Shown here in pieces: positions 49,834 through 59,967 of a stretch of 64,000 nt of DNA (its first letter is position 1; each line of letters begins with the position of its first letter). This DNA comes from Pelagomonas calceolata (lineage: Eukaryota): contig CAKKNE010000005.1 in NCBI GenBank assembly GCA_918797485.1, positions 2,790,001 to 2,854,000 of the forward strand, given 5' to 3'. The notes under the pieces were generated by a model. It saw only the letters and a program-made list of their open reading frames with translations. It searched no databases and was not told the origin of the DNA. The translations under genes and the position numbers were made by a program.

Positions 49834-51240
49834 TCAGATCGTCGTCCCCGGGATCTCCGGCACGCTGTCGTCGTCGTCGGACCGGGCGAGCAGGTCCCGC
49901 AGCTGCTGGAGCCCATTGTCGGGGCCGGTCGTTCTCCGAGGCGGCGCAATCGGTGCCGGCGCGTACGTCGGTTGCGGCGGGGCCATGGGCATCGGCGCGC
50001 ACTGCGGCGGAGGTGGTGCCATCATCGGAGGCCGCGGCTGGTTCATCATGTCCCGCAGCTGCTGGAGCCCGTTGGCGGGGGCGATCGGCGGAGGCGGGCG
50101 CGGCCGGGCCGCGTCGAGGACCGCGTCGTCGTCGGACTCGTTCATCATGTCCCGCAGCTGCTGGAGCCCGTTGGCGGGGGCGGTCGGCGGAGGCGGTCGC
50201 GGCCGGGCCGCCTCGAGGACCGCCCGCGCGGCGGCCGTCGCGTCGCCGCCGCCGTTGAGGGCCGCCCGCACGGCGGCGACGACGCGCGCCTCGTCTGCCG
50301 GCGCGTGGCGCTTGGGCGGCGGCGCGCGGATCGGCGGCGGCGGCCGTCGTGGCGGCGGCGGCGGTGCCATGTCCTCGTCGCTGGCCTCGCCGAGGTCGTC
50401 GAGCGCCATCAAACGGTCGTAGCGGCCCGGGGGCGGCGCCGGCGCCGCCGCGGGCGCGGGAGCGGGCGCCGGCGCCTCAATGACCGCCGCGGCGGGCGCG
50501 GCGCCGTTGTAGCGCGCGCAGAGCCGCTTGAGGTCGGCGACGAGGGAGCCCGCACCGCCCGGCCGCACCGCGTCGTAATTGCGACTCGCCTCCGCGACGT
50601 CGCGCAGGTCCAGGCCGCCGGGCCACGCCTCCTCGGGCGGCGGCATCTGCGGCGCGCGGCGGCGCAGCGCGACGTCCGCGCCTTGGTCGTCGAACAACAT
50701 CTTGAAGATCACCTGGACGTCGTGGGCGCCCCGGTGGCCGGGGGCGCCACGCGCGGCGTCCTGCAGCGCGAAGAACCACTCAAATTGATCAATATCCATG
50801 ACAGCTTTTTGTTGACGACCGGTCTGCGTCTTGTAGAAGGTGTAGAGGGCGAACAACCCCGCAGCTCCCCTCTGTAAGGTTTTTTGGTCGTTCCCGGGCG
50901 AGCAGACGAGCTCGATGCAGACCTCGAACAGCAGTGGCGTGCGCGGGATTTGATGCAATATAGTTCGGGAGGAGTAGAACTCCTTCCACCGCTGGTAGTC
51001 CCAGTCCGCGATCGAGAGCCACTCGTCGACGGCGGCGCCCATGACGGCTCGCAGTCGCTCCTCCGCCCAGCCGACGGGCGGCGCCTCCGCGTCGTCGTCC
51101 GCGTCCGCGCGCGGCGCGACGCCGGCCGGCGCCTCGCTCTCGTCGTCAGCCACGTCGACGACCGGCGGCGCGCGGTACTCGACGTCGTCCGGCGGCGCCT
51201 CCGCCTCCATGGCGCGGCGGATTTGCTCGGCGGAGGCCAT
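49834..51240 (-). CDS. SNAPC1/SNAP43-like snRNA-activating complex subunit with repetitive C-terminus
   Basis: YQRWKEFY...AAGLFALYTFYKTQ...KAVMDIDQF resembles the SNAPC1 core; Pro-rich tail with NGLQQLRD repeats. Confidence 0.55.
   Translation of the reverse strand: MASAEQIRRAMEAEAPPDDVEYRAPPVVDVADDESEAPAGVAPRADADDDAEAPPVGWAEERLRAVMGAAVDEWLSIADWDYQRWKEFYSSRTILHQIPRTPLLFEVCIELVCSPGNDQKTLQRGAAGLFALYTFYKTQTGRQQKAVMDIDQFEWFFALQDAARGAPGHRGAHDVQVIFKMLFDDQGADVALRRRAPQMPPPEEAWPGGLDLRDVAEASRNYDAVRPGGAGSLVADLKRLCARYNGAAPAAAVIEAPAPAPAPAAAPAPPPGRYDRLMALDDLGEASDEDMAPPPPPRRPPPPIRAPPPKRHAPADEARVVAAVRAALNGGGDATAAARAVLEAARPRPPPPTAPANGLQQLRDMMNESDDDAVLDAARPRPPPPIAPANGLQQLRDMMNQPRPPMMAPPPPQCAPMPMAPPQPTYAPAPIAPPRRTTGPDNGLQQLRDLLARSDDDDSVPEIPGTTI
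50041..50223. repeat. Internal ~84-bp direct repeat (period 99 bp) in the SNAPC1-like CDS, with a third partial copy near 49894
   Basis: GTTCATCATGTCCCGCAGCTGCTGGAGCCCGTTGGCGGGGGCG... at 50041 and 50140. Confidence 0.9.
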
Positions 51241-51552
51241 CGTCTATAATCGGTGCGCCCGCGCGAGGCGCCGCGACGGCGTGCTAGGGCTGCTCGCTCG
51301 CTTGGCTGGCTGTATGTGCAGCGCGCGGCCTTACGGATGGATGCAGCGACCGAGACTGCTGTGGGGCATCAAAATGAGTTGCAAGCGGCAGCCACAAGCG
51401 CGTAAGGACGCGCCGCGCGCAGGTTGCTCGAGCCTGCCTGCTTGCTAGTGTCTTGCAGCTAGCCACGTACCACGCGCGACGTGTTGGAGACGCCTCTGTA
51501 CGCCACCGACGCGCCCCGAAGAACAAACTCATCACATCCGCATTTAAGAGGC

Positions 51553-52197
51553 CTAGTCGTCGTCGTCCGGCGCCAACGCGCTATAGATCGCGCTGTCGAC
51601 CGACAGCGGCCCCGGCCCGTTGAAGAAGAAGAGCAGGAAGATCAGGCCATACAACGCGGGCTCCTCGAAGTTGTACGAGTAGTTCTCGACGTGCCCGAAC
51701 GGCGCGCCTTGCAGGCCCGTCGACGCCACGTGAAAATAGACGGCCGCGGCCATCGTGACCAGTAGCGACAGCGCCGCGGGCCGCGTCAGGAAACCGACCG
51801 CGAGGAGCGCGCCGCCCCAGAACTCCGCATAATCATGGATCGCGCTCCACGTCTCCAAGCTTCCAGGTAAAAATGAAAAGTAGGGCTGCAGCACGTAAGT
51901 CACGAACCCGTCGAACCCGGGCGTCCCGTAGTTCGCGGGCCAGAAGCCGCCCTCGCTGCCGTGGTGGATCATCAGTATGCCTGCGATCACCCTTAGCGGG
52001 ACGAGCGGCACCGCGTGGATGCCTTCGGTCCTTTTCACGGTCTTGAAGAGCTTGGGCCCGGTCAGGCGGTCCCAGGTCGACTCCTTTTTTGACAGGCGCA
52101 AGGGATCGAAGGTCGGCTTGACGGCGTGCCGCGTTGGCGTGATGAAGCCGCAGACCAGGCCAGGGAGGCAGAGCGCTGCGAGTCGTTGCGCACGCAT
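51553..52197 (-). CDS. DoxX-family membrane protein, probably plastid-targeted
   Basis: LRVIAGILMIHHG, AEFWGGALLAVGFLTRPAA, FE...GPGPLSVD. Signal peptide followed by GF. Confidence 0.88.
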   Translation of the reverse strand: MRAQRLAALCLPGLVCGFITPTRHAVKPTFDPLRLSKKESTWDRLTGPKLFKTVKRTEGIHAVPLVPLRVIAGILMIHHGSEGGFWPANYGTPGFDGFVTYVLQPYFSFLPGSLETWSAIHDYAEFWGGALLAVGFLTRPAALSLLVTMAAAVYFHVASTGLQGAPFGHVENYSYNFEEPALYGLIFLLFFFNGPGPLSVDSAIYSALAPDDDD

Positions 52198-52504
52198 TGT
52201 TGTTCGCTCGACTCGCAGCCGTGCCAGCTCAAGAATTTGAGGCTGTGTTCAGCTTGGCAGCGCTTTGGCACAGCTCTTTTTGCACAGCAAGTTTTGCTGC
52301 TCCCCCTTGATGCTCAGAGTCGAGCCTTGAACGAGCGCCTAGCGCCGTCTCCGGCCGGCACGAGTGGCCAACGTGGCCACAGAGGTCACAAACACTGATC
52401 ACGCCGGCTTTTAGAGCCAGCACTAGACTGCGGGCCGCACAGAGGCAACAGCACTGCACTCACAGCCCTTTTGCTTGCGTCGTTACGTAGCCGAGAGCGC
52501 GAGA

Positions 52505-53500
52505 ATGCGCTCCAAACACTGCATTACGCTGTGGCTGACATTTAGCAGCTGTGCAGCATTGATACTCCCCGCACCGCGCCGGCCGATCAGGACACGGCAC
52601 CACGCCGCCCCGCCCCTCGAATTCGTGAAGGCCGTCGGCGCCCACCTCCCACTCGCCGACGACGCACAAACAACGTACGTTCACAGAGACCCGGACGTCC
52701 TCATATTGCGCAACTTCATCAAGAAGGAGGACTGCGACGGGTTGCTCGCGGCAGGCCGCGCCGCGTCCCTGGAGAAGTCGCCCGTCGAATACGCCGGCTG
52801 GACCGAAGACGCTGCGGAATTGCTGCAGACGTGGGCGTCGGGCCCGGCGGCCTGGATCGCCCTCGCGGCCGTTCTCATCTCAGTGAATATCTTCGGCGTC
52901 GAGGATCGGATCCAACTGGCGGAAACGGGGCTCGGGGTCTATGTTGTGAATCTCGGGCTGGCCGCTGTGGCGATCTTCGGCTTCCTGGACCAGCGCAAGG
53001 AGAAGCTCCAGGCTTTGCGGACCAGCAAGTCCGTGGCGCTGCGCGGGTCGACACCAGCACAAGGTGAGGTCGCCTGCTATGAACGATTGCTGGAGTTATT
53101 ACCATCAATAACCCCAGAGAGCTGCGAGGCCCTGACCCTCATAAAATACGACCCGGGCGACGCGCTGGCGCCGCACTACGACGCGAATCGCGCGGCCGAC
53201 GCCGAGGACGTGGCCCGGGGCGGCCAGACCCTCGCGACGTTGCTCGTGTATCTCAACGACGTTGATGATGGTGGCCGCACGCGCTTCAACAAACTTGGTA
53301 TAACGGTCGCGCCCCGGAAGGGCGACGCGTGCCTCTTCTTCCCCGCGGACGCCTCGGGGCAGTTCGACGAGCGACTCGAGCACGAGGGTGAAGCGCCGGG
53401 CGCCGAGAAGTGGATCGGGCGCATCTGGGTCCATGCGCGGCCTATCATTGGCGAGACGGGGTGCCCGCCGGGGACGCTCGAGGCACTTCGTAACAGGTAA
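52505..53500 (+). CDS. Prolyl-4-hydroxylase-like 2OG-Fe(II) oxygenase with two TM helices
   Basis: DPDVLILRNF, LRTSKS, KYDPGDALAPHYD, ATLLVYLNDVDDGGRTRF, PRKGDACLF, H...GAEKW. Signal peptide. Confidence 0.85.
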   Translation: MRSKHCITLWLTFSSCAALILPAPRRPIRTRHHAAPPLEFVKAVGAHLPLADDAQTTYVHRDPDVLILRNFIKKEDCDGLLAAGRAASLEKSPVEYAGWTEDAAELLQTWASGPAAWIALAAVLISVNIFGVEDRIQLAETGLGVYVVNLGLAAVAIFGFLDQRKEKLQALRTSKSVALRGSTPAQGEVACYERLLELLPSITPESCEALTLIKYDPGDALAPHYDANRAADAEDVARGGQTLATLLVYLNDVDDGGRTRFNKLGITVAPRKGDACLFFPADASGQFDERLEHEGEAPGAEKWIGRIWVHARPIIGETGCPPGTLEALRNR

Positions 53501-53501
53501 T

Positions 53502-54839
53502 TTACTTCTCCGACTCGTCGCTCTTCGACGGAGGCAGGAACCGCCGCCGCCCTCCTTCCGGCGAGGCAGCTCTAGGCACAGGCAGCGCGGCCAACCCATA
53601 GGCCGAGAAGCGCTCCCGGTCCGCGTGCGCGATCTCCGCGCCGACGTCCAAAAACGGAGGGAGCGCGACGCCGTCGGGCCGCGCCGCCTGGCAGTGCAGT
53701 ACCGCCAGGTTGCGGTCCAGGTAGCAATGCACCACAAAACTTTGATTCTCGTAGAGGAAGTGCAGTCTAGATTGCTCGACGGGCGACCTCTCGGGATCCG
53801 CGTCTCTTAGGTACAACTCGTACTCGCGCTTCGAGATCCGCCTTTTCCTTTCATGCCTTTCGTTCCCGTCGAAGATAACTTCCGAGTATTGATAACTATC
53901 GGAGCCCTCCTCGGAAATGCGTTTTCGCACATAAGCATGATTTGAATACGAAGAGGGACTCTGTGGTAGCGCGTAACTCATGGACGTGTCGCGTTGAGGC
54001 GCGTGCTTGAGAAACGTCTTCGTCGCGCGGAACGTCGAGGTTCGCACGCCATTTTGTGAGAACACCGAAGCCAGCGGGTCGCTCTTGAGCAGGAACTTGC
54101 GCGTGTGTTTCGGTAGTACAGGTAACCCGACGACGGCCGCGCAGGCCTCGACGACTCTTTCTAATTTTCCCTCGAAGCCTCCGTTCCCAGCATTATCCAC
54201 AACATACAACCTAGGATGGGGCGCCCAAGCTTTTTGCGTCTGAATGTCCTGCTTCCTCGCTTCTTCCACGGACTCCGTCCGTGCCAAGTTATTCTCCAAG
54301 GTATAAAATCGTTCCGCACCGGCCGCCGCCGTGACCAGATGCAACACCGCGTCGTACCGCTCACAAAGCAGCCGCTCGTTGATACTATGCGAGGGCGTGT
54401 TGTAGGCTACTTCCCGCCACAAATCATCGGAAATGTAGGCCTTCCCGTCGAGCGCGCCCCGATCGCATAAAACAACCGCCGGCGCTCTCGTAGCTGCCGC
54501 AACTTTGCGAAACCCATCTTCTAGGGTAGTTTGACCTTTCAACACAGCTTGCTGCATCGCCAGGGCGCCCTTATCCAGATCGCTAAAGGCCACGCCGTTC
54601 GTGAACAGCAAAGTGGCCATCTCGGGTACCGTGTAGACGCGGAAGCCTCGCTCCTGGAGGAATCCTGATAATCTCGCCATGGCTGTGGTTTTTCCAGCGC
54701 AGGGACCGCCCGTGAGCACTATCCTATAAACATGTCTCGTCGCGTCGTCGTCGTCTTGCGGTTTTTGTCTTCGTCTTATGACGAGGGCTATCGCTGCGAT
54801 ACACGCGGCGGCCGCGAGGAGCGTGGTGTTGTTCGGCAT
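53502..54839 (-). CDS. Ttd14/NadR-type AAA_28 P-loop protein with CYTH-like C-terminal domain
   Basis: YRIVLTGGPCAGKTT, VPEMAT, VVLCDRGALDGKAY, RYDAVLHLVTAAAGAERFYTLENNLARTE, ERKRRISKREY, F.YENQSF. Confidence 0.85.
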   Translation of the reverse strand: MPNNTTLLAAAACIAAIALVIRRRQKPQDDDDATRHVYRIVLTGGPCAGKTTAMARLSGFLQERGFRVYTVPEMATLLFTNGVAFSDLDKGALAMQQAVLKGQTTLEDGFRKVAAATRAPAVVLCDRGALDGKAYISDDLWREVAYNTPSHSINERLLCERYDAVLHLVTAAAGAERFYTLENNLARTESVEEARKQDIQTQKAWAPHPRLYVVDNAGNGGFEGKLERVVEACAAVVGLPVLPKHTRKFLLKSDPLASVFSQNGVRTSTFRATKTFLKHAPQRDTSMSYALPQSPSSYSNHAYVRKRISEEGSDSYQYSEVIFDGNERHERKRRISKREYELYLRDADPERSPVEQSRLHFLYENQSFVVHCYLDRNLAVLHCQAARPDGVALPPFLDVGAEIAHADRERFSAYGLAALPVPRAASPEGGRRRFLPPSKSDESEK

Positions 54840-55374
54840 TTTGTGCTAATGGTAGCGATTGCGAGATCGCTGCCGCACAAATTGTGTCTGCTCAGTGAGA
54901 TCTCAGTGTGCTGCACTGCGATCGAGCTCGTACACGTTAGACCAGCACAGCTGGACAGCGAGTCCAGCGCAGCGTATCTATAGCTCGATGGCCCACTGAA
55001 CAACGTGTACGGGCCAAGTTGTCACTCGCGGTGCAAAACCGCGCTAGCGTGTTGTAAGACACTAGGAATCGTTGAGCGCCTCATTACGCCATCGACGCGC
55101 AATTCCCCGCACCGTGATTCTCCCAAAGACGATATTTTTTTGCTAAATTTTAGGGAAAGAGCCCGGAGGCCCGTACTCAGGGAGGGGAAGGGAGGACGGC
55201 GCGGTCAGGGAACCCCCGCCCGCCGACGCTTTACCGGAAACGCGAGAGCGGCCGCGTGCCTGTGGACGCATAGCCGCCGACCGCCCCGCCGCCAGTGACG
55301 GCAGAGGGGCGGCCGCGTTTCAGAAAGACGCCGCCGGACGGAGGCCCCCGGCCGCGGCCGGGGTCCCAGTCTAT

Positions 55375-55611
55375 CTAAGCGCCCTTGACGACGAGGCTCG
55401 AGGGCTCGAACTTGCCGTCGTTGATGTAGCCCGTGAGGTGCGACGAGAGCGAGGGCTTCGACTCGGCCTTCCAGACCGACTTGTAGTTGGCCGCCGTCTG
55501 CGCGCCCCAGTTCTCCGTCGCCTGCTTGAACTTGGGGTTCTCGGCGAGGACGTCGTCCCACGGCTTCGAGAGCAGCAGGTCGAGGGAGGCGGAGATGTCG
55601 TAGTCAGGCAT
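55375..55611 (-). CDS. Small (78 aa) unknown protein with strong codon bias
   Basis: Nearly all codons end in C/G and the amino-acid composition is balanced, unlike shadow ORFs. ACC-ATG start context. Confidence 0.7.
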   Translation of the reverse strand: MPDYDISASLDLLLSKPWDDVLAENPKFKQATENWGAQTAANYKSVWKAESKPSLSSHLTGYINDGKFEPSSLVVKGA

Positions 55612-56589
55612 GGTTGGAAATTCTGCGAGCGGGTCCCGGTGAGAATTCTGCCGCGGCGTGGCGGCGTGGTCTCGGTGTGTGGAGGGCCCGTTTCCGCACG
55701 CGCGCCGTGAGCGTTCTGCCGCGGCAGGGCGGTGGGCCGAGGGTGTCTGAGGGCCCGGTTCCGCGCGCGTGCCGGGGCGTGCGCTCTGCCGATGCGCGGC
55801 GGCGCGTCAAGTGGGCATTAGGACCCGTTTCCGCGCGCCGCCGAAGCGCATGCCTCGGCGCGCGCGCGGGGAGAGGGGGGCGGCGGTTACTTGTAGGCCG
55901 TCCGGGGTGTGTGTGTGGGCTTCCGGTGAGCTGGCGCAGCCTCTTTAGGCACGCCCGCCGCCCCTCCTGGTTCGCGCCCCAGAATCGGCGGCGCGCCCGT
56001 TTCGCGCGCCCGGCGTGCCAGGCGGCGGCGAGGCGGTGCCCAGAGCTTTTTGGCGACTTTTCAGAGACCCTAGAAACGTGCGCAGGCTGGGGGGTAATTT
56101 GGGGCACGGCGGTGTACGGTTTTTAAGCTCACGAGCTCGATCGAGGTAGAGGCTAGTGTGTCTCGAGACGCTAGCACTTTCCAGCCCTCCAACGCGCCAC
56201 AAGCCCACGCCCTGCCCCCCATATACACGCCAGCCACCCCCCTCCCCCCAAACGCGCCCGCCCGGGCAGCGAAACGGAGTCCAACACGTCCTAGAAGGGC
56301 CATTTTCTGCCACGGAGGGGTGCGTGCCCCAAAGCCCTAACGACCACGCAGCCGCTCCCCGGGAGCCTCCGAGGTGGCGTCCCCGACGCCCTGGACGCCC
56401 CGAGGCAAATCTCCGCGCTACCGTTGTTTGAAAAGGCAAACAATGGCCTCGGCTTGCTGGCGCCCCGCGGCTGCCCCCCGCGCTCCGCCGCGGCGTTCAG
56501 GCTGTTCCTGGCGCCAGACGCGCATCGTACCATCATACTCCTGCTGCCTCATCACTACAACACAACACGCCCGACGGGGCAGCCCCGGC

Positions 56590-58104
56590 ATGCCGACGAC
56601 GCGGCCGCGATGGTCCATTGAAGGCACTCAGTGGCCCGCGCCGCAAAATACAGTGAGAGAGCCGCGCGAGCTCCTCTCGAATGACGAGCGAGAAGCGATG
56701 CGCAAGACCATTGAAGATGCCGACCGCGCGGCCGAATCTGCACTGAGCACGACGCAGCGCCTGCACCAGCGCTTGCAGGGCCTCGAGGACCAGGGCTTCG
56801 TGCCAGCGGCTCCGGAATACCGCAGTTCCGAGCGGAACCAGGCGGAGGTGGCTATTTTGTCGCGAGGGGATCGGCTCTCGGCGGCCCAATTGCGGAACGA
56901 GACGCAGAAAGTACTGGATGTGTGGTCTGCTGATGATGCGGAGCACTGGCGCGTCACGCACGTCTACGGGAAAGGTCGGGCATCTCGATTACGACGGAAG
57001 AAGGCTGGCGAACGGCAGGAGCTCGCCGAGACGCGACGACTGGAAAGACCGGACGAAGAGGGCTCGTTCTCTACGAAAAAGTCGAGGGCGTCGCGCGGGT
57101 CTCGAGATTCGAGGAGCGGTCTGACCACAAGGCAGACGGGAACGACGTCGGTGACGAGCGGCCCGCGCATCGCTTCCGCGGCGGAATTGGGCGTCGAACG
57201 ACCGCCCGAGCTCCGAGCTCTGAGGCCGGCCTTCTACCGGCGCACTCTAGGTGGCGATTTAACACTGACGGAGGAGGGCGACGAGGCCTCGACCGCGCCG
57301 CCCTCTCCGATAAAACCCGAGGTCTCGACGATAACAGAAGGTAAAGAGACTGAAACAAGGGCCTCCTTGTCCTCATTTCAGTCGGAGGCGTCCTCCACAA
57401 CCTCGAAGTGGAAGTCGAGGTTCCGCATGGCGGCGAAGAAGGCCGCTGCCTTAGAAAGTGTGGATAGCGACGCGCCTCCTCCAATCAACACTTTAGCGCT
57501 GGCCGTGGCCGCCGCTCGCAAGGCAGCTTTAAAACCCCAAAGAAGGGACCTGCAGTTATTAAGAGACGCCTCGAACATCTTAAGGCGCTTCCAGACGTCG
57601 TCGGTCATCGACATCGAGCACGCATTGCTCGACGCTGCGAGAAGTGTCGACGAAAAAAGAGCGGGCACGGACGAGGCCCTGGACAAAGCCGATGACTTGC
57701 AGGACTCTTGTGCTGCGGTGCGGGACGCCCTCTTGTTAAATGAGGAGCCGCCGGCGCGCCTGCCCGCCGAGGACGTGAATGATGCTCTGGGCATGGCGAC
57801 TCGATTATCCTCGAACTTCGGGCCTTTATGTGATGCGGTTTTACAGCATATCAGTGAGACGCAACAAACCATGATGGAGGGGGAGGAGACCGCTTCAACC
57901 ATACAAACGGGCGAAGCATGGTCCAAGAAAGCGGCGGCCGTGTCAGACGCGACCAATGAGTTGCTGGACGCGTGTACGAGCTTCGCCAAGTACATGCGCG
58001 ACGCCGAGCTGAACGCGCCGTTCCAGGCGTCCGCGGCGGTCATCATGTTAGCGGTAAGATGGCGCCGGCGCGCGCGGCGCCGCGCCGCCGCGCGGCGCGC
58101 GGCG

Positions 58105-58138
<34 letters not shown>

Positions 58139-59214
58139 AGGAGGCGCGGGCGCCGCCGCCGCGGCGCCGGCGCAAAAAGAACCGCGCCTACGCCGACGCG
58201 GCGGCGCGCTGGCGTGGTAGTATAGCGGACATCGCCGACCAGCGCCGCGACGAGGCCGAGGAACTGCGGCGCACGGCGCTGCTGGCGGCGCAGCAGGACG
58301 ACGCCGAATTGGCGGCTTTGATGGAGGAGGATCAAGACGAGGAGGCTCCTGCACCTGCTCCTGCTGCTCCGGCGCCTCTGAAACGAGAAAGGAGCACCCG
58401 CAGTACTACGACGCCGCGCTACGTCAAGAAGGAAATGAGCGAAAAAGAATTGTCTTTGAAGGACCACATCGGCGGCGTGGCTGCTAGGCGGATTGATGCG
58501 CTTTATGATCGCCTCGGAGACGTCACGGCCAAGCTCCCCGTCGTACTAGATGATATGACAGAAGACGCGACCGTAGTATCATCCTCCACGACGGCAACAA
58601 CAAAAGTGAAGAACCAGCCGAAACGAGTACGGTTAAGTGTCCTGGAGGACCTCGCGGCGGTCGCGGGGATTAATGTCCCTGGACAATTACGACTGGAGGA
58701 ACTTTCAGTGAGGTGCCACGAGCACCGTGCCAGTGAGGAATCAGTGAGACACGGCAACCAAAAGAAGAAGCTCGAGGACATCCAGCATCTCGGCGGGACT
58801 TGTGTCCCGCGGCAGATCTGGACGAGCCACGTCCTGGAATTGGCGGAGGACGCCTATGCGATGGATTCACTATTAGACGCCCTGGAGAAGGCGGCGACCA
58901 TGGGCTCAAAACGACGGCGGCGGCGCCTCGGTTTATCATCGAACAAGGGCGAGTCGAAGATTCTGCTGGAGCAGCGGCGCTACTGGGGCCGCCACGCTAG
59001 TGAAGGGCCTTCGTCGCCGGGTCGATTAAAGCGGCGCGCCGCGGCGCGGACCGCGAAGCTGCTCTCAGGTGTTGATTTATCCCTCGCCGACCGAAATCTC
59101 GTCGCCGCCGCGGCGTCACACGTGGAGGAGGAGGACGACTTCTGGGAGCCGGAGCCCATGCCAGCGCTCTTGCGGGACAAGTACATCAAGCGCCCCCACC
59201 CGTTTGAGGGGTGA
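56590..59214 (+). CDS. Large hypothetical protein (helical/coiled-coil, low-complexity segments)
   Basis: Open frame of about 875 codons from ATG 56590; no family recognised. An upstream in-frame ATG exists, so the start is uncertain. Confidence 0.65.
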
Positions 59215-59407
59215 TTGGGTAATTTGTGGTTAGTGTTGCTTTGCCTTGCTAGGCCGCCTAGCCGGGGCGAACGCGGGGTTTACAATACTCGGCGAAACCC
59301 CATTTTGATCCCGCCGTATGCGTATGTAGATAGGCCTACGTTCACGCGCGCAGACGATAGCCGGGTGCCAAAACCCGAATTAAGTACCCCACGCCTTGTA
59401 TAAAAGT

Positions 59408-59749
59408 ATGTATAAGTATACTACCTATAGGCTGAATTTGAACTACCTCGGCGAGCACGTCGACGCGGATGCTTTGGCGGTCCTTCGCGGATTACTTAAA
59501 TTAGAGTCGCTTGAGATCCACGGTACTGGGAGAGAGAACCGCGGCTTCCAGAGATTTTATCACCTCGCCGGCCACCCGACGCTGCGCAAGTTAGACCTGG
59601 GATACGCGCTCTTAACCGACGCGGACCTCACGTTTCTACCGTCTTTGCCCGAGCTGACATACCTCGGTATTCACTCTAACCTACCCAAGAGCATGATCGA
59701 GGACGTTACCAAGCGCTGCCCGAAGCTCATCAATCTCCCGCGCTACTAA
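59408..59749 (+). pseudogene. Leucine-rich-repeat fragment (orphan 3' exon or gene remnant)
   Basis: LKLESLEI, TLRKLDLGY, PELTYLGI, RCPKL LRR patterns. An acceptor-like CCTATAG ends at 59430; no clear upstream exon. Confidence 0.45.
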
Positions 59750-59908
59750 TGTACCGCATGCGGATCGAGGGCGCTCGCGCGTCTAACTTACCCGCGCGAT
59801 ATCTACTCAATGCCCGGACATAAATAAGTCTCGTGAGGTATCCCATAGGCTAGCAAACGTGCGGGTTCGGTTTTGATCGTGCCGAATCGCGCGCCGTCGC
59901 CGCGTGGC

Positions 59909-59950
59909 CGCATTGCTGCCCGCCGCAACGCATTGCTGCCCGCCGCAACG
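59909..59950. repeat. Tandem duplication of a 20-bp unit upstream of the DHCR24-like gene
   Basis: CATTGCTGCCCGCCGCAACG x2 at 59911-59950. Confidence 0.9.
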
Positions 59951-59967
59951 AAGGCAGCGCAGCATTG

